From positions 1 through 64,000 of the IMG/VR virus record IMGVR_UViG_3300032236_001613: a stretch of 64,000 nucleotides of DNA; one strand, given 5' to 3'. Of this stretch, positions 21,401-31,010 are shown in pieces; positions within the stretch are counted from its first letter, which is position 1; each line of letters starts with the position of its first letter. The notes under the pieces are model-generated. The model made no database searches. It had not been told where the DNA came from and saw nothing but the letters and a program-made list of their open reading frames with translations. The translations under genes and the position numbers were made by a program.

Positions 21401-21814
21401 AATGGACACATTAATCCAATCGCAACATTACCAGGTTCAGGGCTAACAGTTATGGGTGAATACACTCGTGCTAATGCTGCAAGCGCATTAGACAGAATTG
21501 GTGTAGCAAGATTAGTTTGCTACTTACGCAGACAGTTAGAAATTTTAAGCCGTCCATTCTTGTTTGAACCAAACGACAAGATCACTCGTGACGAAATCAA
21601 AGCTGCTGCAGAAAGTTTATTACTAGAACTAGTAGGTCAGCGTGCATTATATGACTTTATCGTAGTTTGCGATGAATCAAATAATACCTCTGCTAGAATC
21701 GATCGTAATGAACTATGGATGGATATTGCCATTGAACCAGTTAAGGCTGTAGAATTTATCTACATTCCATTAAGATTGGTTAATACTGGTGCTATCAAAG
21801 CAGGTAAGATTTAA
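18446..21814 (+). CDS. tail sheath protein (T4 gp18-like), enlarged to 1122 aa
   Basis: SPGVSVEVI, FGTP, YPWFAPAGLRRG, INPI, FEPND..TR, F.VVCDESNN...IDRNEL. Confidence 0.95.
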   Translation: MATLNSPGVSVEVINESFYTPAAPGTIPLIFVASASNKSNSSGTGTAAGTLESNAGKVWTITSQRDLADTFGTPYFETDSSNNPVNGGELNEYGLQAAYSLLGVSSQAYITRADVDLSQLIPEIDPPGGLPVSGTYWVDTSNTLYGVSEWDATNKVFVNVTPLIIDDSNASTAANLVDMEYEPKSSFGTVGSYVMVVTSQDTNTLWYKNSDNVWVRVGSNYETNFQTTNSFTSTAWQTSYPVVTGGTFASPANGDSFTINNVPVTLGATVTPAGVAATINSAMSSHGVNARVLSTGVLALVADASAKSNGTTSDGGITLTDTTVGKLAKVGLTAGTYGAVALAVQPHTQVPRFSANKNASGSVYIKTTAPNVGANWSVKYYNGSTQNWGNVSAPIYASSDAAIYALDKAGGNKIPVGTLYIESNFEHGTGATTSTQKLAQFAVLRRAAVSPTTVSYSLPTVWTNFASGGTFQVSETLPNTTGFYNTATVTLLSNATLDNFVSLVSAAGLSYVSANYDNNSRVVSLSHSLGGDFKLLDGTSSPLTGGGSTKLGFSAYNMSTKTGTANLYATGMYEADGFTLRASNWKPLVYEAKTSAPMTTPADGQLWFSPTVDEVDILYHNGTTWVGYHDGTAFPNTNPNGPIIAATAPPQTGGQSDGTDLVNGDIWISTADIDNYGKNVYVWNGDSLKWILQDTTDHVTTNGWLFADARWATSGSSADAASIKSLLSSNYLDPDAPDPALYPEGTRLWNTRRSGYNVKKYVQNYINIYSNNGVNPRYNSDSMASYKVNRWVTASPNDDFGVGSFGRHAQRAIVVARLKEVVDTNTAIRDTDRLVFNLIACPGYPELTQNMIAFNNDRRQTAFVVADTPFRLPANGTSLSEWGTNVNGALDNNEVGAVSYDNYMAMYYPSGYTNDNLGNYIVVPPSHMALRTIARSDSVSYPWFAPAGLRRGTVDNATAVGYVDSVTGEFVQASLYESLRDVMAKNGHINPIATLPGSGLTVMGEYTRANAASALDRIGVARLVCYLRRQLEILSRPFLFEPNDKITRDEIKAAAESLLLELVGQRALYDFIVVCDESNNTSARIDRNELWMDIAIEPVKAVEFIYIPLRLVNTGAIKAGKI

Positions 21815-21844
21815 AGGTAAATAAAAAGGATAAGGAGCACTTAG

Positions 21845-22471
21845 ATGGCAATTTCCAGTTTAAGTAAATTAGGAGTTCCGTTAAACGGAAACCAAAGCGC
21901 AAGCAACCAAGGCTTATTAATGCCTAAACTTGCTTATCGTTTTAGAGTATTATTTCAAAATTTTGGTGTAAGCAAGCCGACTACCGAACTAACTAAACAG
22001 GTTATTTCAGCTACTCGCCCACAACCAGAATTTGAACAGATTGTGCTAGATGTTTACAATAGTAGAATCAAACTAGCAGGCAAACCAAAATGGAACGCTA
22101 TTACAGTCGTAGTGCGTGACGATGTAAATGGATCAGTAAGTAAATTAGTTGGCGAGCAGTTACAGAAGCAATTCGATTTCTTTGAACAAGCTAGTGCCGC
22201 TAGTGGTATTGACTATAAGTTCACAACTCAAATCGAATTGCTCGACGGCGGTAATGGAGCATTCAGTCCTACTGTATTAGAAACATTTGAACTCGACGGA
22301 TGTTATATTACAAAAGCTGAATACAAAGGAACAGAGTATTCTAAGAGCGAAGCTTTAGACATTAATCTTAGTATCGATTACGACAATGCAATTCAAGTTA
22401 ACACTTCTGGTGTACCAAACGGTATTGGCGTTAATGTTGGTAGAACAATTCGTTCATTAGCTACAGGCTAA
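21845..22471 (+). CDS. tail tube protein (T4 gp19-like)
   Basis: YRFRV, RP..F, KLAGK..W..ITV..RDD, YDNA; follows sheath. Confidence 0.85.
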   Translation: MAISSLSKLGVPLNGNQSASNQGLLMPKLAYRFRVLFQNFGVSKPTTELTKQVISATRPQPEFEQIVLDVYNSRIKLAGKPKWNAITVVVRDDVNGSVSKLVGEQLQKQFDFFEQASAASGIDYKFTTQIELLDGGNGAFSPTVLETFELDGCYITKAEYKGTEYSKSEALDINLSIDYDNAIQVNTSGVPNGIGVNVGRTIRSLATG

Positions 22472-22489
22472 TAGGTAAAATAATACCGT

Positions 22490-22518
22490 AAAAAACCCGG
22501 AACCTTCCGGGTTTTTTT
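22490..22518 (+). terminator. intrinsic (bidirectional) terminator
   Basis: AAAAAACCCGGAA-CC-TTCCGGGTTTTTTT. Confidence 0.9.
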
Positions 22519-22534
22519 ATGACTAAATAATATT

Positions 22535-23704
22535 ATGTCTAACGCATTTGTAAACTTTTTAACTGGAGCAGCTGATGGGTCTGGTAATTTAAGATCTTAT
22601 CAACATGCAACAAGATTATACGTTGATAATAACTATCAACTTACTCCTAAAGCGGGGTGGATTTATTACATAAAAGTAAACATCAATCCCGATATTAAGA
22701 ATCTAATAACGGATACTAAATTAAAAAAAGAGTTTACTGAATGGCTTAATAGATATAAAGGTACTGTTGGATTACTAGCAAAAACTGTTGACCTTCCTAA
22801 ATTCTCAATTGAAACAGAAACTTTAAATCAATATAATCGTAAAACTGTTATACAGAAAAAAATTAATTACAATCCAATTACAATTGTATTTCACGACGAT
22901 ATGGCTAACGTTAGTTTAAATCTATGGAAAAGTTATTATCAATATTATTATGGTGATAGTTTAAATCCAACAGGTACTAGTCCTCAAGTGCTCTTTAAAT
23001 ATCAAGACAACAAATATGATAATCGTGTATTAGATGCTAATTATGGTTTAAATAACGGCGAGAGCGAACGTTTTATTAATTCTATAGACATATATCAACT
23101 ACACCAGAAAAAATTTACAAATATCAAACTTATTAATCCTATTATTAAAGAATGGTCATCAGACAATTTAGATCAAAGTCAAGGTAATAGGATGTTAACT
23201 AGTCGAATGACTGTTGAGTATGAAACTGTAATATATGATACTGCTGCAACTAATAGCATTACAAAAGATAATCCTGGCTTTAACAAAGATCATTACGATA
23301 ATACTCCAAGTCCATTAAGTATTGGTGGACAAGGTACAAATAGTGTATTCGGGCCTGGTGGGCTTGTTGCCGGTGCCTCGAGTATTTTTGGAACATTAAA
23401 TAATCCCGATGCCAGTCCTCTGGATATTTTAAACGCAGCGGTTCAAGGCAGAAATTTAATTAGGAATGCAGGTAACATTACTAAAGCAGGTCTTCTGCAG
23501 GAAGGGCAGGGTATTTTTAATAGTGTATTATCAGGAGTTTCATCATCTAACGGTGATATCACTAGCGGCGCTCTTAACGGATTAAATCAAGCAATCGCAC
23601 CTGCAGGAATTAGAGTACCGACAGGAACTCAAGCACCGGACCAAACTGTGGCAGTGCAGCGTGTGTTAGGAGCTACTCCTCCTCCACAAAATCTACAACT
23701 TTAA
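22535..23704 (+). CDS. tube-fold baseplate/tail tube initiator (gp48/gp54-like)
   Basis: K.VDLPKF.IETETLNQYNRK...Y.PI.I.FHDD, MTVEYE. Confidence 0.65.
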   Translation: MSNAFVNFLTGAADGSGNLRSYQHATRLYVDNNYQLTPKAGWIYYIKVNINPDIKNLITDTKLKKEFTEWLNRYKGTVGLLAKTVDLPKFSIETETLNQYNRKTVIQKKINYNPITIVFHDDMANVSLNLWKSYYQYYYGDSLNPTGTSPQVLFKYQDNKYDNRVLDANYGLNNGESERFINSIDIYQLHQKKFTNIKLINPIIKEWSSDNLDQSQGNRMLTSRMTVEYETVIYDTAATNSITKDNPGFNKDHYDNTPSPLSIGGQGTNSVFGPGGLVAGASSIFGTLNNPDASPLDILNAAVQGRNLIRNAGNITKAGLLQEGQGIFNSVLSGVSSSNGDITSGALNGLNQAIAPAGIRVPTGTQAPDQTVAVQRVLGATPPPQNLQL

Positions 23705-23721
23705 ACGCATAAAATTTTATT

Positions 23722-24099
23722 ATGACAACTACTTATACTAATATACCAATTCAAAAAACCCCCTCTAGCTCAGATCAAACTGTTGAAGTCTTTAATAATT
23801 ACTATAAACTTCCAGTAAGAATTAATAATAATGAATTAATTGCTATGACAGGATTTTTAGAAAGTAAAGGATTTGAACCTGTTAGTGCTGAATCAACTGC
23901 GATTACAATACTAACACAATCGTCTGCTGAAGGCTACAGTGCTATGCAAGTAATGGATACATTAAAGGGATTATCGTCGGTTGATATTAGCGGTGTAGTT
24001 GCCGAAATATTAAACTTTAATAGACTTAAAACTAGTTTATTAGGTATAAAACAAGACTTTAGTCCATCGGATACTATTGCCAGGAATGTTATTCCATGA
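23722..24099 (+). CDS. hypothetical structural protein
   Basis: ORF within morphogenesis operon. Confidence 0.55.
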   Translation: MTTTYTNIPIQKTPSSSDQTVEVFNNYYKLPVRINNNELIAMTGFLESKGFEPVSAESTAITILTQSSAEGYSAMQVMDTLKGLSSVDISGVVAEILNFNRLKTSLLGIKQDFSPSDTIARNVIP

Positions 24100-24536
24100 G
24101 TTTGAAATTTAGTCAAGGATCATACAAAGTAAAAAATCCTGACAAGTATATTGGCGTAGGCGCACCTAGATTTAGATCTAGCTGGGAATTAAGCGTAATG
24201 AAGATGTGCGACGAAAACCCAGCTATAGAACATTGGGCTAGCGAAAGTGTTAAGATACCATACAGAGATCCGTTAACAGGAAAAGCTACTATATATGTAC
24301 CAGATTTCCTTGTTGTGTTTGTTGATAAAAATGGAAAGAAAAAAGCTGAGTTATGGGAAATTAAACCTAGTAATCAAGCTATAAAAGAAAGTGTTGGTAA
24401 AAACAAATACAATCAAGCTCAATATATAAAGAATGTTGTTAAGTGGGAAGCTGCTAAAAATTGGTGCAAGCAAAACAATGTACAATTTAGAATAATAACA
24501 GAAAAGGATTTATACCATACAGGTAAAAAAATATGA
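24096..24536 (+). CDS. head completion nuclease (T4 gp4-like, PD-(D/E)xK)
   Basis: NPDKYIG...RSSWE, WASE...IPY, YVPDF, EIKP, KWEAA..WC, F.IITE. Confidence 0.9.
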   Translation: MSLKFSQGSYKVKNPDKYIGVGAPRFRSSWELSVMKMCDENPAIEHWASESVKIPYRDPLTGKATIYVPDFLVVFVDKNGKKKAELWEIKPSNQAIKESVGKNKYNQAQYIKNVVKWEAAKNWCKQNNVQFRIITEKDLYHTGKKI

Positions 24537-25006
24537 CACGTAAATTAGAAGAAGTATTAAATATCAAACCAAAAGATGAAACCATTGACCCGTCAGTAAG
24601 GAATGCTGAACCAGTGCCTGTAATTAATCTACAGGAAAAATTAGAGGAATTTGATAAAATTTCTGCAGCATTGCCTCGAGTAAAAGGACTTGGTGATATC
24701 AGCGATGCAGAGCTTGACGCACTAGCAACTAAAGCAGAGCAAGCATATGACGACTTAATGGACTTAGGTATGAATGTCGAAGCACGATATGGTGCACGCA
24801 TGTTTGAGGTCGCTGCTAATATGATGAATGCTGCTATACAAGCTAAAAGTGCTAAAATCGATAAAAAGTTAAAGATGGTTGATTTACAACTTAAAAAACT
24901 AGCTATAGATAAAAAGCACGGCGGTGAAAATAATGAAGTTGATGGTGAAGCATATATTATGACTGATCGCAACTCCATATTAGAAAAACTTAAGAATTTA
25001 AAATAA
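24533..25006 (+). CDS. coiled-coil protein, possible small terminase subunit
   Basis: Helical ~157 aa, R.FEVA...A, C-terminal DRNSILE; upstream of large terminase. Confidence 0.4.
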   Translation: MTRKLEEVLNIKPKDETIDPSVRNAEPVPVINLQEKLEEFDKISAALPRVKGLGDISDAELDALATKAEQAYDDLMDLGMNVEARYGARMFEVAANMMNAAIQAKSAKIDKKLKMVDLQLKKLAIDKKHGGENNEVDGEAYIMTDRNSILEKLKNLK

Positions 25007-25030
25007 ATAAAACATAGGACAAATACAACT

Positions 25031-25642
25031 ATGAAAAATTTTAAAAGATATTTTAACGAAGTTACTGGTGCTAAAAAGTGGGATTTCCGCATTAAAATTG
25101 CCGGAGATGTTACTACAGAACAAGCTAATTTAATAAAAGCACTACTTGATAAGTATCAAGTTTCAGAATTTAAAAAAGTAGGAACTACACCAATACAATC
25201 TCTTCCTTTGGATTTTCCAAAGATTAAGAATAGCGAAGTATCTATTTTTGAAACAGTACTAGATTACCCAACTACACAATTTGAATTGAGAGATTACCTA
25301 GCTAATAGCTTAGGTGTTCCAAAAGATAATATGGTTGTACGTCGCCCTGGCGAAGATTTGGAAGTTTACCAAGAACCACACGAATCAAGAGAAGGTGCTT
25401 TGTTAAACGATAACGAATACAAAGAATCAACTAATGCAAACTTTGATGACTATTATGGTGACAAATATAATACATCGTTTTTAAAAGAATTAAACGATCT
25501 ATTAAAATTGCAAAGAAAAGCACGTGGGGAAGAAGTTCCTACAGAAGGTGCTGCTCACTATAATGTCGACGAAGCACAGAACAATACAAGTCCCATTAAA
25601 CAGTCCGGGGACCCAAGAAAAAATACCTCTAAAGGAAAATAA
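25031..25642 (+). CDS. putative head-associated protein
   Basis: N-terminal MKNFKRYFNE resembles T4 capsid-targeting peptide; TAAATA upstream. Confidence 0.45.
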   Translation: MKNFKRYFNEVTGAKKWDFRIKIAGDVTTEQANLIKALLDKYQVSEFKKVGTTPIQSLPLDFPKIKNSEVSIFETVLDYPTTQFELRDYLANSLGVPKDNMVVRRPGEDLEVYQEPHESREGALLNDNEYKESTNANFDDYYGDKYNTSFLKELNDLLKLQRKARGEEVPTEGAAHYNVDEAQNNTSPIKQSGDPRKNTSKGK

Positions 25643-25643
25643 A

Positions 25644-26624
25644 ATGGAAGACTTAGATAAAAATACTTTACGCTACTTAGCAGGTGTAAAACAAAAAGTT
25701 GATGAATGTATGGGGGCTATGACTACACAAATTCCTCCTACTCCTGCCAGTATCAGTGTTACAGCAGGCAGCGGCGAAGAATTATCTGGCATGCTAAAAA
25801 GTCTAATGACTTTGGCAGGAGTATCTCCTGTAACACCATCTCATATGCCTGTTGACGACCCGTCAAAAGGTCCTAGTAAAGTTATTTCTGCTCCTCCGAT
25901 GTCGCAAAGTCCAGATATGAAAACATTATTAGCAGCAATGGACGAAAAAGATGTCGAAGAAGATAGCATGAATCCTGATGATCAACACGATTGGGACAAT
26001 AGCCCAAGCGAAGAAGGGAAAGCCGTAGGCGACTGGCCAATGGATGGCGACCAGGATAATAATCTATCAGCTAACAAAGACAAGGTAGTTGATAGACACA
26101 ATGTAACTGCGGAAGGTTTATTTGCTGCTTATGAAGATTTTGTAGCAGAATCAAAAAAATCAAAATGTTGTTGCAAAGAAAAGGGTAAAAAGAAATGCCC
26201 CGTACACAGTAAAGTAGATGAAGCGTTCCACCCGTTATTGCCAAAACAGAAGGCAGCACAGAAATCAGCTGATAAACAATCTGTAGCACAAAGCGGAAAA
26301 GTTGGTGCCGGTGCTGGGCCCGAAATGAAAGGTACAGGCCGTGTTCCTATGCAATCAAAAGAAAAAACGAAATATGTAAGAGACCGAGCAGCTAAATTTA
26401 GCGAAGAACTAGAGCAAACTGAAGAAACACTTAATGTAGAAGAAGCTAAGAAGTGGGTTAAGAAGGCTGTAAAAGGAATTAAAAAAGGCGCATTACGTAA
26501 GCAAGAAGGCAAGAAAAAAGGCGAAAAGTTTAGTAAAGGCGAATTAAAAGGTCTGGCTAAATCTGGCACACCAAAAGAAAAGAAACGTGCACAATTTGCA
26601 CTTAACATTTCTAAGAAAAAGTAA
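25644..26624 (+). CDS. putative prohead core/scaffold polyprotein with basic C-terminal peptides
   Basis: Start MEDLDK after AAGGA SD; acidic body, many VxE/xxEE sites, Lys-rich tail. Confidence 0.5.
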   Translation: MEDLDKNTLRYLAGVKQKVDECMGAMTTQIPPTPASISVTAGSGEELSGMLKSLMTLAGVSPVTPSHMPVDDPSKGPSKVISAPPMSQSPDMKTLLAAMDEKDVEEDSMNPDDQHDWDNSPSEEGKAVGDWPMDGDQDNNLSANKDKVVDRHNVTAEGLFAAYEDFVAESKKSKCCCKEKGKKKCPVHSKVDEAFHPLLPKQKAAQKSADKQSVAQSGKVGAGAGPEMKGTGRVPMQSKEKTKYVRDRAAKFSEELEQTEETLNVEEAKKWVKKAVKGIKKGALRKQEGKKKGEKFSKGELKGLAKSGTPKEKKRAQFALNISKKK

Positions 26625-26640
26625 TTTAATACTTTTACCA

Positions 26641-26667
26641 AATAGGCCTTTCGGGGCCTATTTTTTT
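26641..26667 (+). terminator. intrinsic terminator
   Basis: AATAGGCC-TTTCGG-GGCCTATT followed by T run. Confidence 0.85.
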
Positions 26668-26681
26668 GAGTAAATAATATT

Positions 26682-29258
26682 ATGGGCAGTAAAAATTTAG
26701 ACGGCACTCTTGTTAAAAAAGCGCATTCGAAACAAAAGTGGACTGAAAAAGACATCGGCGAGTTAATTGAATGTCAGCACGAAACTACCGGTCCTAGTTA
26801 CTTTTTAAATCATTTTTTTCACATACAACATCCTACACAAGGGAAACTACAGTACCAAGCATACGAGTACCAAACTCATCTGTTAGACAGTTATCACGAA
26901 CATCGATTCAGCATTAACATGCTAGGACGACAAATGGGTAAGGCATTAAGTTTAGAAACTCCTATATTAACACCAAATGGATTTGTCATTTTAAAAGATC
27001 TAAAGGTAGGTGATGTTATATATGGAAGAGATGGGAAACCCACTAATATTACCTTTATTACCGAAACAATGGAGAACCGACCATGTTATGAAATTATTTT
27101 CATGCACGGCGAAAAAATTATTGCCGATGCTGAACATCTTTGGAACATTGTATTACCTAAAACTAAGGAAGAAATAACTGTTAATACGTTAGAACTACTC
27201 TCTTATTTTAATAAATTTAAAAATACTTCACAAAGTTTACATATAAAAGCATCAAACTGCATTGATTTTGAATATAAAGAAGTTCCCATTGACCCTTATT
27301 ATCTAGGGTTATGGCTCGGCGACGGAGGTACCAAAGATCTCAGAATTACTTGTACTATGGAAGATTACATTGAATATAGTAGAATTTTTACAAATAAAGG
27401 GCTCGAGATTTCGCAATTTAAATTAGATAAAAGGAGTGATAAGACAGGTACTTTTTATATTAAAGGAGGAACTAAAAAGTTTAAGGAACTAGGTGTTTGG
27501 GGTAATAAACATATACCCGATTTATACATTTTTAATAGTAAAGAAATAAGATTAGAATTATTAAAAGGATTAATGGATTCTGACGGAACTTGTGAAAAAA
27601 CTGGGGTTTCAAGATTTTATCAGAGCAATGAAAAATTTATTGATAAAGTTAGAATATTGTTATCAACTTTAGGGATCAAATCAACTAAAGGCGAAATTCC
27701 AACTACACATAAAACTGCATACACACTTTGTTTTGCTGAAAAAAAATTAGAAATTTTTAATTTGTCGAGAAAGTTAGAACGTCAAAGAAATCTTTTAGAT
27801 CACCCAAAAAATAAAAGAGTATATATAAAAGAGATCTCTTTAATAAATTCGGTTCCTGTGAGATGTTTACAAGTTGATAACCATGATCATATGTTTTTAT
27901 GTGGCGAAACTCTAATCCCTACGCACAATACAACAACAGCAGTAGGATATTTGCTCTGGTACGCTATGTTTGTTCCTAACAGTACCATTCTAATTGCTGC
28001 ACACAAGTATACCGGCGCACAAGAAATCATGCAACGTATTCGTTATGCATATGAGCTTTGCCCTGATCATATACGCTGCGGGGCCACCAGTTATAATAAG
28101 CAAAGCTTAGAATTCGATAACGGTAGTAGAATTATTGCACAAACAACAACAGAAACTACCGGTCGTGGTATGTCGGTATCTTTATTATACTGCGATGAGT
28201 TTGCTTATGTTGCACCTACTATGGCAACAGAATTCTGGACCTCTATCAGTCCTACACTAGCAACTGGTGGTAAAGCTATTATTACTAGCACTCCAAACAG
28301 CGACGAAGATCAATTTGCACAGATTTGGAACGAAGCTTGTAAACGTTTTGATGAATATGGAAACGAAACTAAGTTAGGTAGAAATGGATTTTATTCATAT
28401 AAAGCAGTGTGGAGCGAGCATCCAGACCGTGGCGAGGAATGGGCTATCACCGAAAGATCTCGCGTAGGTGAAGAAAGATTTAGACGCGAACACGAATGTG
28501 AGTTCCTAGTATTTGATGAAACATTAATTAATAGCATTAGCTTATCTAATCTAGAAGGAAGCGATCCTATAACAAAAATGGGTCAAGCACGCTGGTATAA
28601 AAAAATTAACCCTCATTCAACATATATTTTCAGTTTAGATCCCAGTTTAGGAACCGGCGGCGATTATGCTGCTATTGAAGTTTTAGAGTTACCTAACATG
28701 GTACAAGTGGCTGAATGGCACCATAATCAAACTCCTATACAAATACAAGTGCGTATTTTAAGAGATATGATTAAGTACGTTGAGGATGAATGTACAAGGG
28801 GCGGTGCTAGTAGCAGTATCTATTATTCTGTTGAAAATAATACAGTAGGCGAAAGCGCATTAATGGCTATTACCGAAATCGGAGAAGATACTTTTCCTGG
28901 ATTATTTTTAAGTGAGCCTATTAAAAAAGGGCATCTTAGAAGATTTAGAAAAGGATTTAATACGACGCATGCTTCTAAAATATCAGCATGCTCTAAGCTA
29001 AAGCAATTAATTGAAAGTAAACAAATAAAAATACATAGTAAAACATTAATTAGCGAACTAAAGACGTTTGTAGCCACCGGAATAACGTTTAAAGCTAAAG
29101 TTGGTCAGCACGACGATTTAGTATCGAGTTTACTATTAGCAATACGAATGACACTAGTTTTACAAGAATGGGATCCAACAGTATACGAAAAGATGAGGGA
29201 TCAAACCGGATTAGAAGATTACGATCTTCCAATGCCCATATTTATAAACACATATTAA
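26682..29258 (+). CDS. terL: terminase large subunit (T4 gp17-like), intein-containing
   Basis: RQMGK|TT Walker A, LYCDEFA Walker B, ITSTPN, RFRREHECEF, DP..GTGGDY, HDDLV. Confidence 0.95.
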   Translation: MGSKNLDGTLVKKAHSKQKWTEKDIGELIECQHETTGPSYFLNHFFHIQHPTQGKLQYQAYEYQTHLLDSYHEHRFSINMLGRQMGKALSLETPILTPNGFVILKDLKVGDVIYGRDGKPTNITFITETMENRPCYEIIFMHGEKIIADAEHLWNIVLPKTKEEITVNTLELLSYFNKFKNTSQSLHIKASNCIDFEYKEVPIDPYYLGLWLGDGGTKDLRITCTMEDYIEYSRIFTNKGLEISQFKLDKRSDKTGTFYIKGGTKKFKELGVWGNKHIPDLYIFNSKEIRLELLKGLMDSDGTCEKTGVSRFYQSNEKFIDKVRILLSTLGIKSTKGEIPTTHKTAYTLCFAEKKLEIFNLSRKLERQRNLLDHPKNKRVYIKEISLINSVPVRCLQVDNHDHMFLCGETLIPTHNTTTAVGYLLWYAMFVPNSTILIAAHKYTGAQEIMQRIRYAYELCPDHIRCGATSYNKQSLEFDNGSRIIAQTTTETTGRGMSVSLLYCDEFAYVAPTMATEFWTSISPTLATGGKAIITSTPNSDEDQFAQIWNEACKRFDEYGNETKLGRNGFYSYKAVWSEHPDRGEEWAITERSRVGEERFRREHECEFLVFDETLINSISLSNLEGSDPITKMGQARWYKKINPHSTYIFSLDPSLGTGGDYAAIEVLELPNMVQVAEWHHNQTPIQIQVRILRDMIKYVEDECTRGGASSSIYYSVENNTVGESALMAITEIGEDTFPGLFLSEPIKKGHLRRFRKGFNTTHASKISACSKLKQLIESKQIKIHSKTLISELKTFVATGITFKAKVGQHDDLVSSLLLAIRMTLVLQEWDPTVYEKMRDQTGLEDYDLPMPIFINTY
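26943..27929 (+). mobile_element. class 3 intein (329 aa) with LAGLIDADG homing endonuclease
   Basis: Begins ALSLETPILTPNG, block B ADAEHLW, block F VRCLQV, ends PTHN|T; internal PYYLGLWLGDG and LLKGLMDSDG. Confidence 0.92.
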
Positions 29259-29273
29259 CATAAATATATTACT

Positions 29274-30944
29274 ATGGAAGCAATTGAATTAATATCCCAA
29301 GATGTTTTTGATAAAGTACGCAGTAGATTTGCAAATCTAGAACTAGGCGACGAAAACGGAAACGTTACTGTTGATCCTAGAAAAGCTCGATTCTTTGACT
29401 TTGATTTTACTGCAGAATCTCAAACATTAGGTAGAGTAAGTATAAGCCTTAATGAAAGAGGCAGCTTAAAAATATTTTATAGTCAAGGTATTTTAGAAAA
29501 CAGAGACCCAATGGACCAAGATACTTGGTTTAATTTTCTTAGAGAAATGAGAATGTTTGCTAAAAGAAGATTATTAAGATTTGATACTAGAGATATTACA
29601 AAGTCAAATCTTAATAAAGACGATTTTCAATACCTCGCTTCGACCGGATCCAAGGAACAAAATATGTCAGAAAACAAAATGTTTGGTAGCTCAAGAACTA
29701 GCTATCGCCCACTAGAAAGAACACGTTTAATTATTAGACACAACAAACCAGTCGACGAAACACAACGCGGATCGCGTAGCCGAAATATTCAAGCTTTATT
29801 TGTCGAAAATGCCGACGGCGAAAGATTTAAGTATCCTTTTATTCATCTGGCCGGCGCTAAGGCTATGCAACGTCACGTTGCTAACGGCGGAAGACCACAC
29901 GACGAATGTGGGCAAGCTATTATTAAAATGAGCGAGGAAATCGCCCAACTTAATGCATTTCAACGTCATGTCGGACGTCACGATAGTATGCAGACCGAAG
30001 CTAATCATATTATGGAAAAAACTTCTGCTAAACTCGAATCATTAAGACATCAAATTAATTCTTTAAGTAAACAAAGCCATTATGAATGTTGGAAGTCAGA
30101 TATTAAACCCCACGGCGACGATGAATTTATAATGGACCAAGCTACTATGGAAGATTATAAAAATAAATTCACTGTTTCAACATTTGCAGAAGATTTAACA
30201 CAATACTTTCCATTAATACATCGTATTATGCAAGAACACGGTGAAGTTGATCTTACTCAATTTACCGAATCGGCTAGCGAAGAAACTTGCGACGAATGCG
30301 GCATGCTCGAAAGTAGTTGCGAATGCGATCATGAAAAAGAAGTTAAAGAATTTGCCGAATTTGAAGATTGGGCAGATGATTTAACATCAGGTAACGCTTT
30401 ATCAGACGATGTTATTAATAAATTGAAAGATCTTTTATCAAACGATACCAAAGTTGGGCTCGACGGTACAAACGGAATACAATCTTTACGTGGGATAGGG
30501 CTAAGGGATCCTGATCTTGAAAAAATGGTAAGTTTAGCCGGAGCAGATGGTGATTTAAAGACAATCGTTACTATGTGGTTAAAGGAAAAAGGCGACGATG
30601 CTGTTATTAAACAATTAGAGTTAGATACAACACCAGCTCAAAACTCAGAAACTCCTGCAGATAGCGAGGATTATGAGAGAGGTAAAAACACACATAAAGA
30701 TATTAGTTTAGATGAAATAGCCGAAATGGTTCATAGCTTCTATGATTCAAAAACTGGTAAATTCCCTATCGGCGAACACGGTGTACTAACTAAAGTTAGA
30801 AAAGAACTTGGCGAAGAAGCAGGATCGTTAGCTGAAAAATTAATATCAAGATTAAGTCAGCGATATCAACAACATGCACCAGAACCTACTATGGATCAAA
30901 ATGCATTTGAAGATATATTAAGATTATCCGGCTTAAAAAAATAA
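29274..30944 (+). CDS. conserved late hypothetical protein, probably head-associated
   Basis: Late promoter; acidic C-half; ends FEDILRLSGLKK. Confidence 0.5.
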   Translation: MEAIELISQDVFDKVRSRFANLELGDENGNVTVDPRKARFFDFDFTAESQTLGRVSISLNERGSLKIFYSQGILENRDPMDQDTWFNFLREMRMFAKRRLLRFDTRDITKSNLNKDDFQYLASTGSKEQNMSENKMFGSSRTSYRPLERTRLIIRHNKPVDETQRGSRSRNIQALFVENADGERFKYPFIHLAGAKAMQRHVANGGRPHDECGQAIIKMSEEIAQLNAFQRHVGRHDSMQTEANHIMEKTSAKLESLRHQINSLSKQSHYECWKSDIKPHGDDEFIMDQATMEDYKNKFTVSTFAEDLTQYFPLIHRIMQEHGEVDLTQFTESASEETCDECGMLESSCECDHEKEVKEFAEFEDWADDLTSGNALSDDVINKLKDLLSNDTKVGLDGTNGIQSLRGIGLRDPDLEKMVSLAGADGDLKTIVTMWLKEKGDDAVIKQLELDTTPAQNSETPADSEDYERGKNTHKDISLDEIAEMVHSFYDSKTGKFPIGEHGVLTKVRKELGEEAGSLAEKLISRLSQRYQQHAPEPTMDQNAFEDILRLSGLKK

Positions 30945-30953
30945 TATAAAGTC

Positions 30954-31010
30954 TTGCGATTATAAATAGAAGTGTGTATATTAACTTATACACACTTTTT
31001 CTTTTTAAGT
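30954..31010 (+). promoter_or_regulatory. overlapping sigma70 and late promoters with 11-bp inverted repeat upstream of gp32
   Basis: TTGCGA-17-TATATT, TATAAATA at 30961, AAGTGTGTATA-6-TATACACACTT followed by T run. Confidence 0.65.
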
